Below the pieces are notes generated by a model. That model saw nothing but the letters and a program-made list of their open reading frames with translations, ran no database searches and was not told the DNA's origin. A DNA stretch of 64,000 bases. It comes from Eledone cirrhosa (taxonomy: Eukaryota). Location of the stretch: the NCBI GenBank assembly GCA_964016885.1, contig OZ024762.1:10354001-10418000 (forward strand). The letters are read 5' to 3'. A program made the translations under genes and the position numbers. How positions within the stretch are numbered: position 1 is the stretch's first letter; each line of letters starts with the position of its first letter. Positions 1 through 13,835 of this stretch are shown here, in pieces.

Positions 1-486
1 TTACCACGGTTGATGGCGAGTCTAAGGCGTTGAAACAACCAAACACCCTCACGAGCATCACTTGACACTTCAGTAAGGCGACTCACCAGTGTGTCTTGTT
101 GGTAAAACATGTATAGATTCTAATGGTTTATATTTCGATCAATAAAGTTTATACTGGACTTAGATATGTCGTTTTAAAGTTAATGTTTAAAAACCTGCAT
201 TTATTTCTGAACAACTTGATAGGAACGATTGAAAAAATATCTCAAATGATTGAAACCCTTAAAAAGTAAAAAGTATATATATAAAAAAAGCTTAAATAGT
301 TTAGGGATTACCTGCTTTCATCTGGACACAGCTAAAGGGTGTTTCAGTTTTGAAATTACGATAGTCCCGACTTGCCATATTCAGACAGCAACTCTCTAAT
401 GGTTTCTTTACCTTTTCTATAGAGCTCTCCCTTCCGGAAGGGACACCATTTTTACACGCACACGCGCGCGCACACATATATGGATT

Positions 487-668
487 GGCAGTATCGGTAG
501 AGAGTCGGATGCCAAGCTTTGCAGCATAGAGTTACGGCCCTTTATGATCTGAGTTCAAATCCCCCCGAGGTTAACTTTGCATTTCATCCTTACGGGGTCG
601 ATAAAATAAAGTACCAGTAATGCACTGGGTTATTGCTGGCATTGTGCCAAAAGTAGAAACAATTATTA
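487..668 (+). mobile_element. tRNA-derived SINE (family A)
   Basis: A-box-like GGCAGTATCGG, B-box GAGTTCAAATCC, core TTTCATCCTTACGGGGTCGATAAAATAAAGTACCAG, (ATT)n tail; the sequence recurs several times in the window. Confidence 0.8.
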
Positions 669-790
669 TTACAGTTATAAGTTTGAGGAAAGAATTTCTG
701 CTTTCACATAAACGGGATCTTCTGAAACTAAACTTTAATCTGTACTACTAATAAATATTTGCTCTACGGGTTTATATATATTTTTATATA

Positions 791-888
791 TACAGAGGGA
801 ACCTCAAAAATGTATACACACTTTGTATAGGCAAAATTTATTAGAATGCCGTTAAAGTGTGTAGACATTTTTAGGGGACATCCTTTAT
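791..888. mobile_element. Tc1/mariner-like MITE remnant
   Basis: Imperfect TIRs (AAAAATGTATACACACTTT / AAAGTGTGTAGACATTTTT) flanked by TA; related copy at about 7987-8090. Confidence 0.5.
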
Positions 889-957
889 ATATAAGCCTTA
901 TTGAGCCCTCTTCGGATTTTGTTATTTGTATTTATTATTGCTATATACATACATACA

Positions 958-1035
<78 letters not shown>

Positions 1036-1081
1036 AATATATATATATATATATATATGAATATATATATATATATAAATA

Positions 1082-1140
<59 letters not shown>

Positions 1141-1397
1141 AAATATTCACTACTGCGTTCACAGATTGACTTTGTTAGTTTCAGAAGTTCCCATTAAGGG
1201 TGAAAGCAGCGATTCTTTGCTTAAACTTTAATCTGTTATTTTAATAAATATTTGCTCTACGGTTCTTATATATTTGATATATATTTATCCTTATCGAGCC
1301 CTCTTTGGATTTTAGCCTTCACATTTATTATTATTACTATATATATAGAGAGAGAGACACACACACACGCAATCACACACACACATATATATATACA

Positions 1398-1469
<72 letters not shown>

Positions 1470-1636
1470 GTATAGTACATTTATAGCCGAGACTAAGTAA
1501 GTGACATAGTGACTACTTTAAAACTCATAGCGAATGGTCTTCTAAATGTTTTTAATTAAACATACAGTATATTGCCAAATATACTATACATACATTCATA
1601 TATACATCGTTATTTCAGAGCACCAATCCTAATATA

Positions 1637-2514
1637 TAGTGGCAGACTGGCCAGGTTGCCAGGTTGCCAGGTTGCCCAATGACAAGTGAGCCCCAGGGGG
1701 CCCACGGTAGCATTGCAAGAGCCCACAGTAGCATTGCAGGACCCACTGTAGTATTTTAGGGGCCAATGCTTTGCTTTCAAAAAATACCTGAAATCTAAGA
1801 GAAAGAATAAAATTAAAATAAAAAATAAATAAAACAATTAATCAAAGTATTTGGTCAACGAATTCCGACCTTAGAAAGACATGAACGACACCACAACTGA
1901 AAGTAGGTTTATAAGTATGAATTTTCACAAGATTTTCGTATTCTTCTCTGTGGCCTAATGGTGGGTACTAGAGTCGGTGGAGATCCTGGACCTTGGGTTC
2001 AATCCTGGTCAACAGGTACATGAAATTTTTTCAGTTTTTATTTTACAACCCATAGGAAAAAAACCCCCCAAAAACTGAAATGGTTTACTGGGAACCCTTC
2101 TCCCGACCAGAATCGAACTTCAGACCAGGACCACCACCGTCTAAGATTCCTCCAACTCGGCCACCGAGACTGCTACAAAAGTATAGTGAAAATTTATAAT
2201 CATAAACCTACTTTCAAAATCAAAGTTAAAATGATGTGGCGTCGTTCATGGCTTTCCTAGAGCTATTAGTAATATTTAGGGTTGACTTCTGGTCATTATG
2301 GAAAGTCTCTGGATTTCGCAAAATACATAATAATTTTTATTGGAGAAGGTACGATATTTACCCGCAAAAATTTGATTGCACTGTTCTGTTTCCATTTATG
2401 TATTTTTCGAAAATGTTATTTATTCATTATAAAAATTAAATGATAGCATTCTATATGTGGGTGGGCCCCCTTCATCTCCTGGCAACCAATATTTTTAGAA
2501 CCAGTCCACCACTG
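1637..2514. mobile_element. Non-autonomous hAT-like DNA transposon with internal inverted tRNA-like segments
   Basis: Ends TAGTGGCAGACTGG / CCAGTCCACCACTG are inverted; subterminal GGGCCC motifs; about 1880-2030 and 2100-2250 are diverged inverted copies. Confidence 0.55.
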
Positions 2515-2734
2515 TATATATATATAGACACATACGTATAAATTTATCACTAGCATCACCATCAGTACCGTGGAAAAAGTGTGAACTCTGACCTTGCAAA
2601 TGAAGCGTATGCTTCCGTGTGTTTTCGTGTGCTTCCGTATGTTTTCGGAACTGTGTTTTTTGTTGTTTACATAAACATAAAAGTCCAGCTTTCCTCTCTT
2701 TTAAACTTCTCATTTTTCCACAGTCCGTGATGTT

Positions 2735-2821
<87 letters not shown>

Positions 2822-2888
2822 TGGTGTATGTATATATATATATGTTGGTGCATGGGTATGTGTGTGTGTGTGTGTATATATATTCATA

Positions 2889-2922
<34 letters not shown>

Positions 2923-3014
2923 CACGTCGGTGAGTATATATATACATGTGTGTATATATACATATTGGTGTATACACATACACATACACATATATACACT
3001 GGTAACCCCCCACC

Positions 3015-3052
<38 letters not shown>

Positions 3053-3318
3053 GCACTAGTAAACCCACACAAGTACGCACACACACACATACACACATAT
3101 ATATACCCACACAAGTATATATATATATATACACACAGTAGAAGTGTCATTCGTGGTGACCGTCTGCTATATATCCATCAACAGTTCGTCAAATGCCAAG
3201 ACATTCTCCATGTTCAAAATCAGAGTGTGTGTGTGTGTGTACGTCTGAGAGGAGCGTGTGTTTCAGTGTCTGGCTGTAGAAGTATGTGTATGTGTGTGTG
3301 TGTGTGTGTGTGTGTACA

Positions 3319-3357
<39 letters not shown>

Positions 3358-4033
3358 ATATATACATGTATATATATATACATGTGTATATATATATATA
3401 TATATATACATGTATATATATGTCAGGTCACCACTTGGTGCTACTGGTAACATGTATCCCAGTACAACCTGTCTCATGGTCGGGTCGTTGGCGACTAAAC
3501 TGGCAACCCCACTAAGGTTTCTTGGTGAGGAGGGTGACTTTGGACATCCTGCAGGACTAAAAACAAAACCTGTCAAAGGGCAAAGGAGCTCTTAAGAGTC
3601 AATGGCCATCCAAAATCACTGGGAGAGATGACCCCTTAGCCTTTGTCAAGGCAGAATTCTAGGAGAAGGAAAACTCTGATATAACACCTGCAACCCTGAT
3701 GGTATCCAATGATGTTGACTTGTTCTTCTTTTTGGTAAATATCATCTTGGTTAAGAGAGTGGGACTGGCTTTGTGCAGTGCCTTTGCTCACTATAAAAGC
3801 TTCACGGCACAGGCATTGCTTTATATCTGGAGATCTCTCTGCACTTGCCGTCACATGGTACCATGGGCCCAGCACTATGTGTCAATAATTGTCACAAGTG
3901 TAGTGTTTGTACCAGAGTTTTCAAGTCGCTGACTGGACTAAAAAGTCACACTCGTTCAGCGCATCGGTAGGGGTTCTCCTACATGGATATAAAGTAGTGG
4001 CCGTACTCGAAAACGAGTTGGCAGCCACCATAT

Positions 4034-4192
<159 letters not shown>

Positions 4193-4241
4193 TATACATG
4201 TATATATATATATATATAGATAGATAGATATACACATACAG

Positions 4242-4276
<35 letters not shown>

Positions 4277-4283
<7 letters not shown>

Positions 4284-4757
4284 AAGTTAAATAAAAGTCA
4301 AATGATTAAAATTTAGCTTCGTTTATTACTGCTATATATATTTCAGTGACAGCCATCTTTGGCTGTGACCTCTTCAGGCAGTTTGAATTAGTATGGTATA
4401 GACAAGTACATATGTTGTTTAGGTGTATAATATTGTCATATATGACTCCAGTTCCCCAGTGAATTAACAACCCAACAAGGAACTGGGCATATCAGAGTAT
4501 TGACAATATCATACACCTAAACAACATATGTACTTGTCTATACCATACTAATTCAAACTGCCTGAAGAGGTCACAGCCAAAGATGGCTGTCACTGAAATA
4601 TATATAGCAGTAATAAACGAAGCTAAATTTTAATCATTTGACTTTTATTTAACTTTATTTTACACTACTCCGGAGTAACCAAACCAACCTGCGCACTTCG
4701 TCGAGTGCTCCAGCCTGCATACTGAGGTGTTGGCATACAACCAACATAAACTCAAAA

Positions 4758-4760
<3 letters not shown>
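4277..4760. mobile_element. Fold-back Penelope-like non-autonomous element in (TA)n
   Basis: 162-bp inverted arms 4277-4438 and 4501-4662 with one mismatch seen; a hammerhead in each arm; unique tail after the right arm. Confidence 0.75.
4557..4611 (+). ncRNA. Type I hammerhead ribozyme motif (mirror copy on minus strand at 4328-4382)
   Basis: ACTGC-CTGAAGA-stem II (ACAGCCA/TGGCTGT)-GAAA-TATATA-TA-GCAGT; stem I ACTGC/GCAGT; palindromic stem III. Confidence 0.8.
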
Positions 4761-4795
<35 letters not shown>

Positions 4796-4824
4796 CAAAA
4801 GATATATTTAGTTTGGGCCAGCAA

Positions 4825-5000
4825 TTATTTGGAAGGGGAGGGAAAGTCTATTAAATGCACTCCAGTGCATTACTGGTACTTTATTTTATCGACCCCGTAA
4901 GGATGAAAGGTAAAGTTAACCTCAGCGGGATTTGAACTCAGAACACAAAGGGCCATAACTCTATGCCACTAAGCATGCTGTCCGACACTCTACCGATAAC
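4825..5000 (-). mobile_element. tRNA-derived SINE (family A)
   Basis: Reverse complement of the 487-668 core (CTGGTACTTTATTTTATCGACCCC...GGATTTGAACTC). Confidence 0.75.
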
Positions 5001-5116
5001 TTCCTGAGATCCCACATCTCTTGTGCACCCACTTTGCATTTATATTATATGTGTACCCATTATTGTGTACCCAGTTTGTATTTGAGATAGAAATATATCT
5101 ATATTATATATGGATA

Positions 5117-5292
5117 GGCAGTATCGGTAGAGAGTCGGACGCCATGCTTTGCAGCATAGTTACGTCCCTTTATGGTCTGAGTTCAAATCCCGCCGAGGTT
5201 AACTTTGCCTTTCATCCTTACGGGCTCGATAAAATAAAGTACCAGTAATGCACTGGGTAATTGGTGGCCTTGTGCCAAAAATAGAAACAATT
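5117..5292 (+). mobile_element. tRNA-derived SINE (family A)
   Basis: Close copy of 487-668. Confidence 0.8.
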
Positions 5293-5363
5293 ATATATAT
5301 ATATATATAGATAGAAATGGTTTCTACAGTACTAGAACTGTTTCATTCGAAGGAAACCCTTAG

Positions 5364-5412
5364 GCTTTCCTGATGATTTCCTTCGAATGAAACAGCTCAA
5401 GTCCTGTAGAAG
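5364..5412 (+). ncRNA. Hammerhead ribozyme motif (family of 14478)
   Basis: GCTTTC-CTGATGA-TTTCCTTCGAAT-GAAA-CAG..CTG-TA-GAAGC; preceded by an inverted partial copy at about 5313-5358. Confidence 0.7.
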
Positions 5413-5494
5413 CAATTTCTAAATTATATTTGATGTTTACACTCTACTAATGTATTGAGTACATAACTGTTATTACGCCCAATTGAACCCGGGA

Positions 5495-5529
<35 letters not shown>

Positions 5530-5626
5530 GGAAATCAGTAAAATCGAATCTCTGGCGGTTTGCAAGTAAATTCGCCCTACTTATATGAAATGATGAGTTA
5601 GCAAAGCATTCGATAAGATAGGACCT

Positions 5627-5682
<56 letters not shown>

Positions 5683-5684
<2 letters not shown>

Positions 5685-5888
5685 CGAAGGAAATGTGGTA
5701 AGGAACCAGGTGGACCATAACGCACCAAAGTACTCAATACTTGGGGTAGTAGAGTGGGTAATAGGAACCAGTAAGACCCCGACGGCTGAGCTCAAGCCGT
5801 TTCGACGGCTAATTCTGGACTAAATTTAGTCCAGAATTAGCCGTCGAAACGGCTTGAGCTCAGCCGTCGGGGTCTTACTGGTTCCTAT
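5683..5888. mobile_element. Fold-back element (family B) containing the 3' half of a hammerhead
   Basis: Perfect 128-bp palindrome 5761-5888; GAAA-CGGCT..AGCCG-TC-GGGG; relatives at 6076-6234, 6310-6475 and 43912-44105. Confidence 0.7.
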
Positions 5889-5897
5889 ATATATATA

Positions 5898-5957
5898 TAT
5901 ATATATTTCAAGGGTACCAAGACAACATTGGTACGCTTTCATCAGATAAAATACAAA
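5898..5957 (-). ncRNA. Hammerhead motif, 3' strand of stem I lost in the TA run
   Basis: Minus strand reads TATTTTAT-CTGATGA-AAGCGTACCAA..TTGGTACCCTT-GAAA-TATATATA. Confidence 0.6.
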
Positions 5958-6232
5958 GTTTGTTTTATAAATAGAGACAAACCCATTAAAATCATACCTT
6001 ATCGGTTGGATATTCTCTGGTTTCTTGCTTCAATACTTTCTATAGCTTTCATTTATATATATATATATATATATAACAAAGGAAGTGTGGTAAGGAACCA
6101 GATGGACCATAACGCACCAAAGTACTCAATACTTAGGGTAGTAGGGTGGGTAATAGGAACAAGTATGACCCCGACGGCATTGAGTACTCTGGTGCGTTAT
6201 GGTCCATCTGGTTCCTTACCACACCTCCTTCG

Positions 6233-6287
<55 letters not shown>

Positions 6288-6587
6288 GATGCATTCAGTT
6301 TAAAACTGGTAGACCAGTACTCAATACTTAGGGTAGTAGAGTATGGTTTTATTATAAAGCGACGGGACCCCGGCGGCTGAGCTCTTGCCGTTTCAACAGC
6401 TAGCTCCAGACAGTGTCAGGAACTAGCTGTTGCAACAGCAAAAGCTCAGCCGACGGGGTCCCGATGTTTTATAATATATATATATATGTATTTAAAAGTT
6501 AAACATGGTTTAATGCATACATCAAAGAATCACTACCATGACAGAATCTTAACCATCTACCATGTCAGGGTATGTCATGTATCATTT

Positions 6588-6654
6588 TATTTTATCTGAT
6601 GAGGACGTACTGTTGAACTTAACTCAGTACCTCTGAAATATGTATAATAAAATA
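6588..6654 (+). ncRNA. Type I hammerhead ribozyme motif
   Basis: 8-bp stem I TATTTTAT/ATAAAATA, CTGATGA, stem II GTACTG/CAGTAC, GAAA-TATGTA-TA. Confidence 0.75.
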
Positions 6655-6772
6655 TAATTGATCACAAGAATATCTATTTTGTTAATATTTTGAATTAATA
6701 TATATATATATTTTGCAAACTTGACTGTCACCACACATTATGAATTGCAAACTTGACTGTCACCACACATTA

Positions 6773-6811
6773 TGAACCTGAAGATTGCGAAAGTATGAAA
6801 GTACTTGTTCA
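6773..6811 (+). ncRNA. Minimal type I hammerhead motif (39 nt)
   Basis: TGAAC-CTGAAGA-TTGC(GAAA)GTAT-GAAA-GTAC-TT-GTTCA; palindromic stem III AGTACT. Confidence 0.7.
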
Positions 6812-6970
6812 ATTAACACTTAACATTTAATATTCTATCATACTATTTCATTATAATACCATTATATATATTTTAAAGGATTGTAAATAAAATGAGTAAA
6901 TCAGACAAAGTTGGAATTAATATAATCTTCTATACACAATCATACACACCCGTGTATATTTATCTCTCTC

Positions 6971-7009
<39 letters not shown>

Positions 7010-7084
7010 CAGGTGAGTCTAAAGAGCGGTGCCCCAGCATGGCCTCAGCCTTATGGCTGGAACAGGTAAAAGAGTAAAAGAGTA

Positions 7085-7117
<33 letters not shown>

Positions 7118-7119
7118 AA

Positions 7120-7196
7120 TATAGAAATGGCTTCTACAGGACTGATGATTTCTCCCGAATGAAACAGTTCTAGTCCTGTAGAAGCCATCTATATTA
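7120..7196 (+). ncRNA. Hammerhead motif of the 14478 family with its 5' flank replaced by an inverted copy
   Basis: CTGATGA-TTTCTCCCGAAT-GAAA-CAG..CTG-TA-GAAGCC, bracketed by GGCTTCTACAGGAC / GTCCTGTAGAAGCC. Confidence 0.6.
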
Positions 7197-7228
7197 AATT
7201 AAAATATATATATATAATATAATATCAA

Positions 7229-7744
<516 letters not shown>

Positions 7745-8302
7745 GTGTGTGTAATAAAAGTTTTACTTCACCTGGTGAATATATAATTAATAACAAGTAT
7801 GAACGAGGTGTCAAATTTTCATCAAGTTTATTCAGGTGTGACGCATGTTTCGCGATTGATTAGCTCAAGGTTGATTATCGGGGCCCGACTCTGTAATCAA
7901 AAGTTCATCAGACTTCTGTAAGCTTAAACTATATATATATATATATCACATAAGAAACGGAGAATATATATATATATGTATATGTATACAGGATGTCTCC
8001 AAAAATGTATACACACCTCAACAATATTCTAATAAATATTGCCTGTACAGGTAATCCAAGTGTGTATAGCATACATATTTTTGGGACACACATATTTATA
8101 TATATGTATGTATATATATATATATGTGTATATATATATATTTATGTATATATATATATACACACATAATTAAAATTGTATACACTTAACATGTATGCGC
8201 GACGTTAGGTTTCAGAGTCCAGTTATGGCCACCACTGCATAGACGAGTGTTCCCTTTAAAAAGTTGTTTTTCGTTCGTTGTCTTGTTCCCTCTGTTGGTG
8301 CT

Positions 8303-8384
<82 letters not shown>

Positions 8385-8562
8385 GTAAAGTTATATTTAA
8401 AATTGTTGGGTTACAACTAGTAAATATTTATAACTGATATAAAAGCACTCGACAAATACTTGGAGTATATTTACAATATACTGCTAGAGTAAACCTCTTC
8501 AAATGAAGTTGATGTTTATTACGGTATGTCGAATATATTTATCTATAAAACTGTTTATATTG

Positions 8563-8629
8563 TATTTTGTCTGATGAAGGCATAGGCATATTGTTAATAT
8601 GATATCCCCGAAATATATATAATGAAATA
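8563..8629 (+). ncRNA. Type I hammerhead motif; degenerate relative at about 8828-8890
   Basis: TATTTTGT-CTGATGA-..CATATT/AATATG..-GAAA-TATATA-TA-ATGAAATA; the 8836 copy has GAAT instead of GAAA. Confidence 0.65.
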
Positions 8630-8685
8630 AATATGGGTTTTATAAATATAGTTTTCCATTTATTTAGATTATTGTATATATATAT

Positions 8686-8729
<44 letters not shown>

Positions 8730-9179
8730 ATATATATATATATGTGATATTTATTAAAATAACAGATTAAAGTTTAAGCAAAGAATCGCTGCTTTCACAC
8801 TTAACGGGATTATAAAAACATATTTTGTATTTTATCTGATGAAAGCGCACCAAATTGGCCTTGGTGGGCACTTGAATATATATTATAATAATTATGTTTG
8901 GTTTTATAAATATAGTTTCCATTTATTATTATTGAATATTAATACCAGTAATCTGTTGAGTGCTTAGATATCTTAATAAAAACTTCTTAAGCATGATGAA
9001 TCCCAACAAAATTAAATAAACTTCTACATAATTATTTATATCTATATTATGATATATTATTATTTATAAGTATTTGTTTAGTGTGTGAGTGTAGTGTGTG
9101 TGAGTGTGATGTGTTGTTGAGTGAGTTGTGGAAAGTGTTTAAAGATGTATACACATTTTTTAGATGTGATGAAGTGTGT

Positions 9180-9660
9180 AACCCAGGTTAACCCCCAGCT
9201 ATTACTTTACTCATTATTCACTGAGTATACTGAGCAACGTGAAATGGCTCAAGAACACAACAACCCACCCAACCCATGAATCGAACCCACGACATCTATG
9301 ATCGCAATAGTTAACTCTTATCACTACGCCACGTAGACTCCCTCCCCACCGAAAGGACATCAGTCCAAATGCAGGGTTAAACCCCCAGCTATCGCTGGTA
9401 CTCATTTCCAGCTGATTGTGATCGTAAGTCCATCACCCCTCACCATAGCTAATATAACTGGAGCAACATGAAATGAAGTGTTTTGCTCAAGAACATAACA
9501 CACACCCGGCCTGGGAATCGAACCCGCGACAATATGATCGTAAGTCCAATGCCCTTACCACTAGAACAAAGTAGAATGAAATGTTTTGCTCAAGAACACA
9601 ACACACAACCCGGCCTGGGAATCGAACCCGTCACAATATTTTCGTAAGTCCAACACTCTT
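9180..9660 (-). mobile_element. Cluster of three SINE fragments (second SINE family)
   Basis: Repeated GCTCAAGAACA..GAATCGAACCC (reverse-complement B box); relatives at about 18630-18730 and 21540-21710. Confidence 0.6.
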
Positions 9661-9914
9661 ACATTCGATAAATAAATCCTACCTACACTGAGTCTGGGGG
9701 GAAAACAAATATTTAAATTAATTAAATAAAAACTCCTGATGATCAAAGTTAGAATTTTCTTCTTTTCTATCCTAGGTCTGCCTGGTCAGAGCTGGCCTAG
9801 GGTTAAACTACAACAACAACAACAAACTATTAATTAATCTATCAACGTATCTAATCTTAACATCTTAACGGGATGACGGTATGTAGACCAGGGTCGCCAT
9901 TTTAGGGGGAGGTG

Positions 9915-10010
9915 TGGTGGTGGCGGCGATGGTAGTAGTGGTAGTAGTGGTGGTGGTAGTAGTGGTAGTAGTAGTGGTGGTAGTAGTAGTAGTGGTGGTA
10001 GTAGCAGTGA

Positions 10011-10055
<45 letters not shown>

Positions 10056-10075
10056 TAGTAGTAGTAGTAGTAGTG

Positions 10076-10113
<38 letters not shown>

Positions 10114-10114
10114 G

Positions 10115-10173
<59 letters not shown>

Positions 10174-10278
10174 GGTAGCAGTAGTAGTAGTGGTGGTGGT
10201 GGTAGTAGTAGTAGTGGTGGTAGTAGTAGTAGTGGTAGTAGTAGTAGTAGTAAGTAGTGGTAGTAGTAGTGGTGGTAT
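9915..10278. repeat. (GTA/GTG)n trinucleotide microsatellite
   Basis: Direct reading. Confidence 0.95.
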
Positions 10279-11056
10279 TGAACTTTACTATTCCTACTAA
10301 CCCCCCCCTTACATACACTTACACACAAGCACGCGCATTTACACACTTACACATACATAGACACACACTCACACACGTACACACACATACACAAACATAT
10401 ACTTACACGCACGCAGACATACACTCACACACACAAGCACATACTCACACACACACATACACTCACATACAAAGGCACATACACTCATACACACACACAT
10501 ACATATTGGCACATACACTCACACATAGGCACATACACACATACATACAGTCACAGGTTTTAACAGTAATATAAGCCCTGCCGTGAGGTTTTGGGAGAAA
10601 AAAAAACTTTACTTCAGTGGGGTGTGTGGAGATGGGGTGGGGGTGCTAAGCAAGGTGTTGATTGCCGGCACTTCCCCCACACAGGTTCCCTACTGTCCTT
10701 CAGCAGAGGAATTTAAAGGGGTCACTTCAGTACTGCCCCTCCCTACTGGTTATTCCCTACCCCATCCACCAAATTATCTCCACTCCCACCAACACTCCAA
10801 ACTACCTACACTAGCCCTACCTTCACTAAAATGCTTTCTGATACTTGGTTTTATTTTTCTAAATGTTTTTCTATCAGGAAATACAACAGCCTAAGTTACT
10901 AACTGGAAATAGCTTCTTTCAATTTGAATCATCATCATCATCATCATCGTTTTTATGTCCACTTTTCCCTGCTAGCATGGGTTGGACAGGTCCTTCTCAA
11001 CACGGCATCACGCCACTTTGTTGCGTTCCTTCGTCATCTCCTCTTCCACTTTTAAT

Positions 11057-11410
11057 GATTCAAGGTCAGCTCTCCCAACCTCTTCCAAGGTCTTTCTTGG
11101 TCAACCTCTATTGCAGCTTCCTTCCACTGGGATTCAAGGTCACCTCTCCCAACCTCTTCCAAGGTCTTTCTTGGTCAACCTCTATTGCAGCTTCCTTCCA
11201 CTGGGATTCAAGGTCAGCTCTCACAACCTCTTCCAAGGTCTTTCTTGGTCAACCTCTATTGCAGCTTCCTTCCACTGGGATTCAAGGTCAGCTCTCACAA
11301 CCTCTTCCAAGGTCTTTCTTGGTCAACCTCTATTGCAGCTTCCTTCCACTGGATTCAAGGTCAGCTCTCACAACCTTTGCCTAGGTCTTGGTCATCCTCT
11401 ACTGTGACTT
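11057..11410. repeat. 74-bp tandem repeat, about 4.5 copies, RTE-derived
   Basis: Units start at 11057, 11131, 11205, 11279 and about 11353. Confidence 0.9.
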
Positions 11411-11614
11411 CCCTCCACTGAGATTTCTGGCATTTCGTCACCCATCAGTCATTGTCCATACACATCACATGTTCATACCAATGCAGTCTTCTCTTCTGCT
11501 CACCATCTCAAATCCCCCTTAAACCCAGCTTATCTCTCAGCTCGTCCAACCTCTGCCTTTCTCTCACATTTACATTGCACATCCAACGAAACATGGTTGC
11601 TTCTTTTCTCTCCA

Positions 11615-13330
11615 GTCACCACATGTCCTCTGCAGTCAAAGCCAATGTGTCACTACCATGTAGCACCACATGTCTTCTGCAGTCACAGCCTGTTTCACTA
11701 CCATGTAGCACCACAAGTCCTCTGCAGCCACAGCCCATGTGTCACTACCATGTAGCACCACATGTCCTCTGCAGTCACAGCCCATGTTTCACTACATGTA
11801 GCACCACATGTCCTCTGCAGTCACAGCCCATGGTTTCACTACCATGGAGTACCACATGTCCTCTGCAGCGACAGCCCATGTAGCACCACATGTCCTCTGC
11901 AGCCACAGCCCATGTGTCACTACCATGCAGCATCACATGTCCTCTGCAGTCACAGCCCATGTGTCACTACCATGTAGCACCACATGTCCTCTGCAGTCAC
12001 AGCCCATGTTTCACTACCATGGAGTACCACATGTCCTCTGCAGCCACAGCCCATGTGTCACTACCATGTAGAACCACATGTCCTCTGCAGTCAAAGCCAA
12101 TGTGTCACTACCATGTAGCACCACATGTCTTCTGCAGTCACAGCCTATGTTTCACTACCATGTAGCACCACAAGTCCTCTGCAGCCACAGCCCATGTGTC
12201 ACTACCATGTAGCACCACATGTCCTCTGCAGTCACAGCCCATGTTTCACTACCATGTAGCACCAATGTCCTCTGCAGCCACAGCCCATGTGTCACTACCA
12301 TGCAGCACAACATGTCCTCTGCAGTCACAGCCCATGTGTCACTACCATGTAGCACCCACATGTCCTCTGCAGTCACAGCCCATGTTTCACTACCATGGAG
12401 TACCACATGTCCTCTGCAGCGACAGCCCATGTAGCACCACATGTCCTCTGCAGCCAACAGCCCATGTGTCACTACCATGCAGCACCACATGTCCTCTGCA
12501 GTCACAGCCCATGTGTCACTACCATGTAGCACCACATGTCCTCTGCAGTCACATCCCATGTTTCACTACCATGGAGTACCACATGTCCTCTGCAGCCACA
12601 GCCCATCTGTCACTACCATGTAGAACCACATGTCCTCTGCAGCCACAGCCCATGTGTCACTACCATGCAGCACCACATGTCCTCTGGAGTCACAGCCCAT
12701 GTGTCACTACCATGTAGCACCACATGTCCTCTGCAGTCACAGCCCATGTTTCACTACCATGGAGTACCACATGTCCTCTGCCGCCACAGCCCATGTGTCA
12801 CTACCATGTAGCACCACATGTCCTCTGCAACCACAGCCCATGTTTCACTACCATGTAGCACCACATGTCCTCTGCAGCCACAGCCCATGTGTCACTACCA
12901 TCTAGCACCTTATTGTCCTCTGCAGCCACAGCCCATGTGTCACTACCATGTAGAACCACATGTCCTCTGCAGTCACAGCCCATGTTTCACTACCATGTAG
13001 CACCACATGTCCTCTGCAGCCACAGCCCATGTTTCACTACCATGCAGCACCACATGTCCTCTGCAGTCACAACCCGTGTTTCACTACCATGTAGCACCAC
13101 ATGTCCTCTGCAACCACAGCCCATGTGTCACTACCATGTAGCACCACATGTCTTCTGCAGTCACAGCCCATGTTTCACTACCATGTAGCACCACATGTCC
13201 TCTGCAGCCACAGCCCATGTGTCACTACCATGCAGCACCACATGTCCTCTGCAGTCACAGCCCATGTTTCACTACCATGCAGCACCACATGTCCTCTGCA
13301 GTCACAGCCCATGTTTCACTACCATGCAGC
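11615..13330. repeat. 47-bp minisatellite, about 36 copies, RTE-derived
   Basis: Unit CATGTAGCACCACATGTCCTCTGCAGTCACAGCCCATGTTTCACTAC. Confidence 0.95.
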
Positions 13331-13623
13331 ATTGTGCACCACACACAGGAGTCATACAGCCTTCCTTTTGTATTAAGGGGAAAAAAAAGTACGACCAAGT
13401 TCATAGCCATCTTTAAATGTGTAAAACTGAGCAGATAACTGTTAGGTAACTTCCAGGAGTTGTGACTGACTGACAGATAATATCAGCAATGGAAACATAT
13501 ATGTATGCATATATACATATATATATATATATGCATATATATATATACATACATATATATATATGCATATATATATATGCATATATATATATATATACAT
13601 ATATATATATGCATATATATATA

Positions 13624-13687
<64 letters not shown>

Positions 13688-13690
13688 TAT

Positions 13691-13729
<39 letters not shown>

Positions 13730-13772
13730 TATATATATACACACATATATATACACACACACATATATATAT

Positions 13773-13831
<59 letters not shown>

Positions 13832-13835
<4 letters not shown>

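Larger units (their letters stand above)
10929..13378 (-). mobile_element. RTE-clade LINE 3' remnant with two internal minisatellite expansions
   Basis: Minus strand encodes LHGSETWAVTAEDM and PRKT-type RT C-terminal motifs homologous to 37925-38509; (ATG)n tail at 10929-10948. Confidence 0.85.

Noticed and set aside
487-570. tRNA gene
   Set aside because: A and B boxes belong to a SINE head; no cloverleaf
11615-13330. CRISPR-like appearance or repeat-protein ORFs in the 47-bp, 65-bp and 38-bp arrays
   Set aside because: Head-to-tail units without unique spacers, no cas genes, unit lengths not multiples of three, and clear LINE origin for two of them
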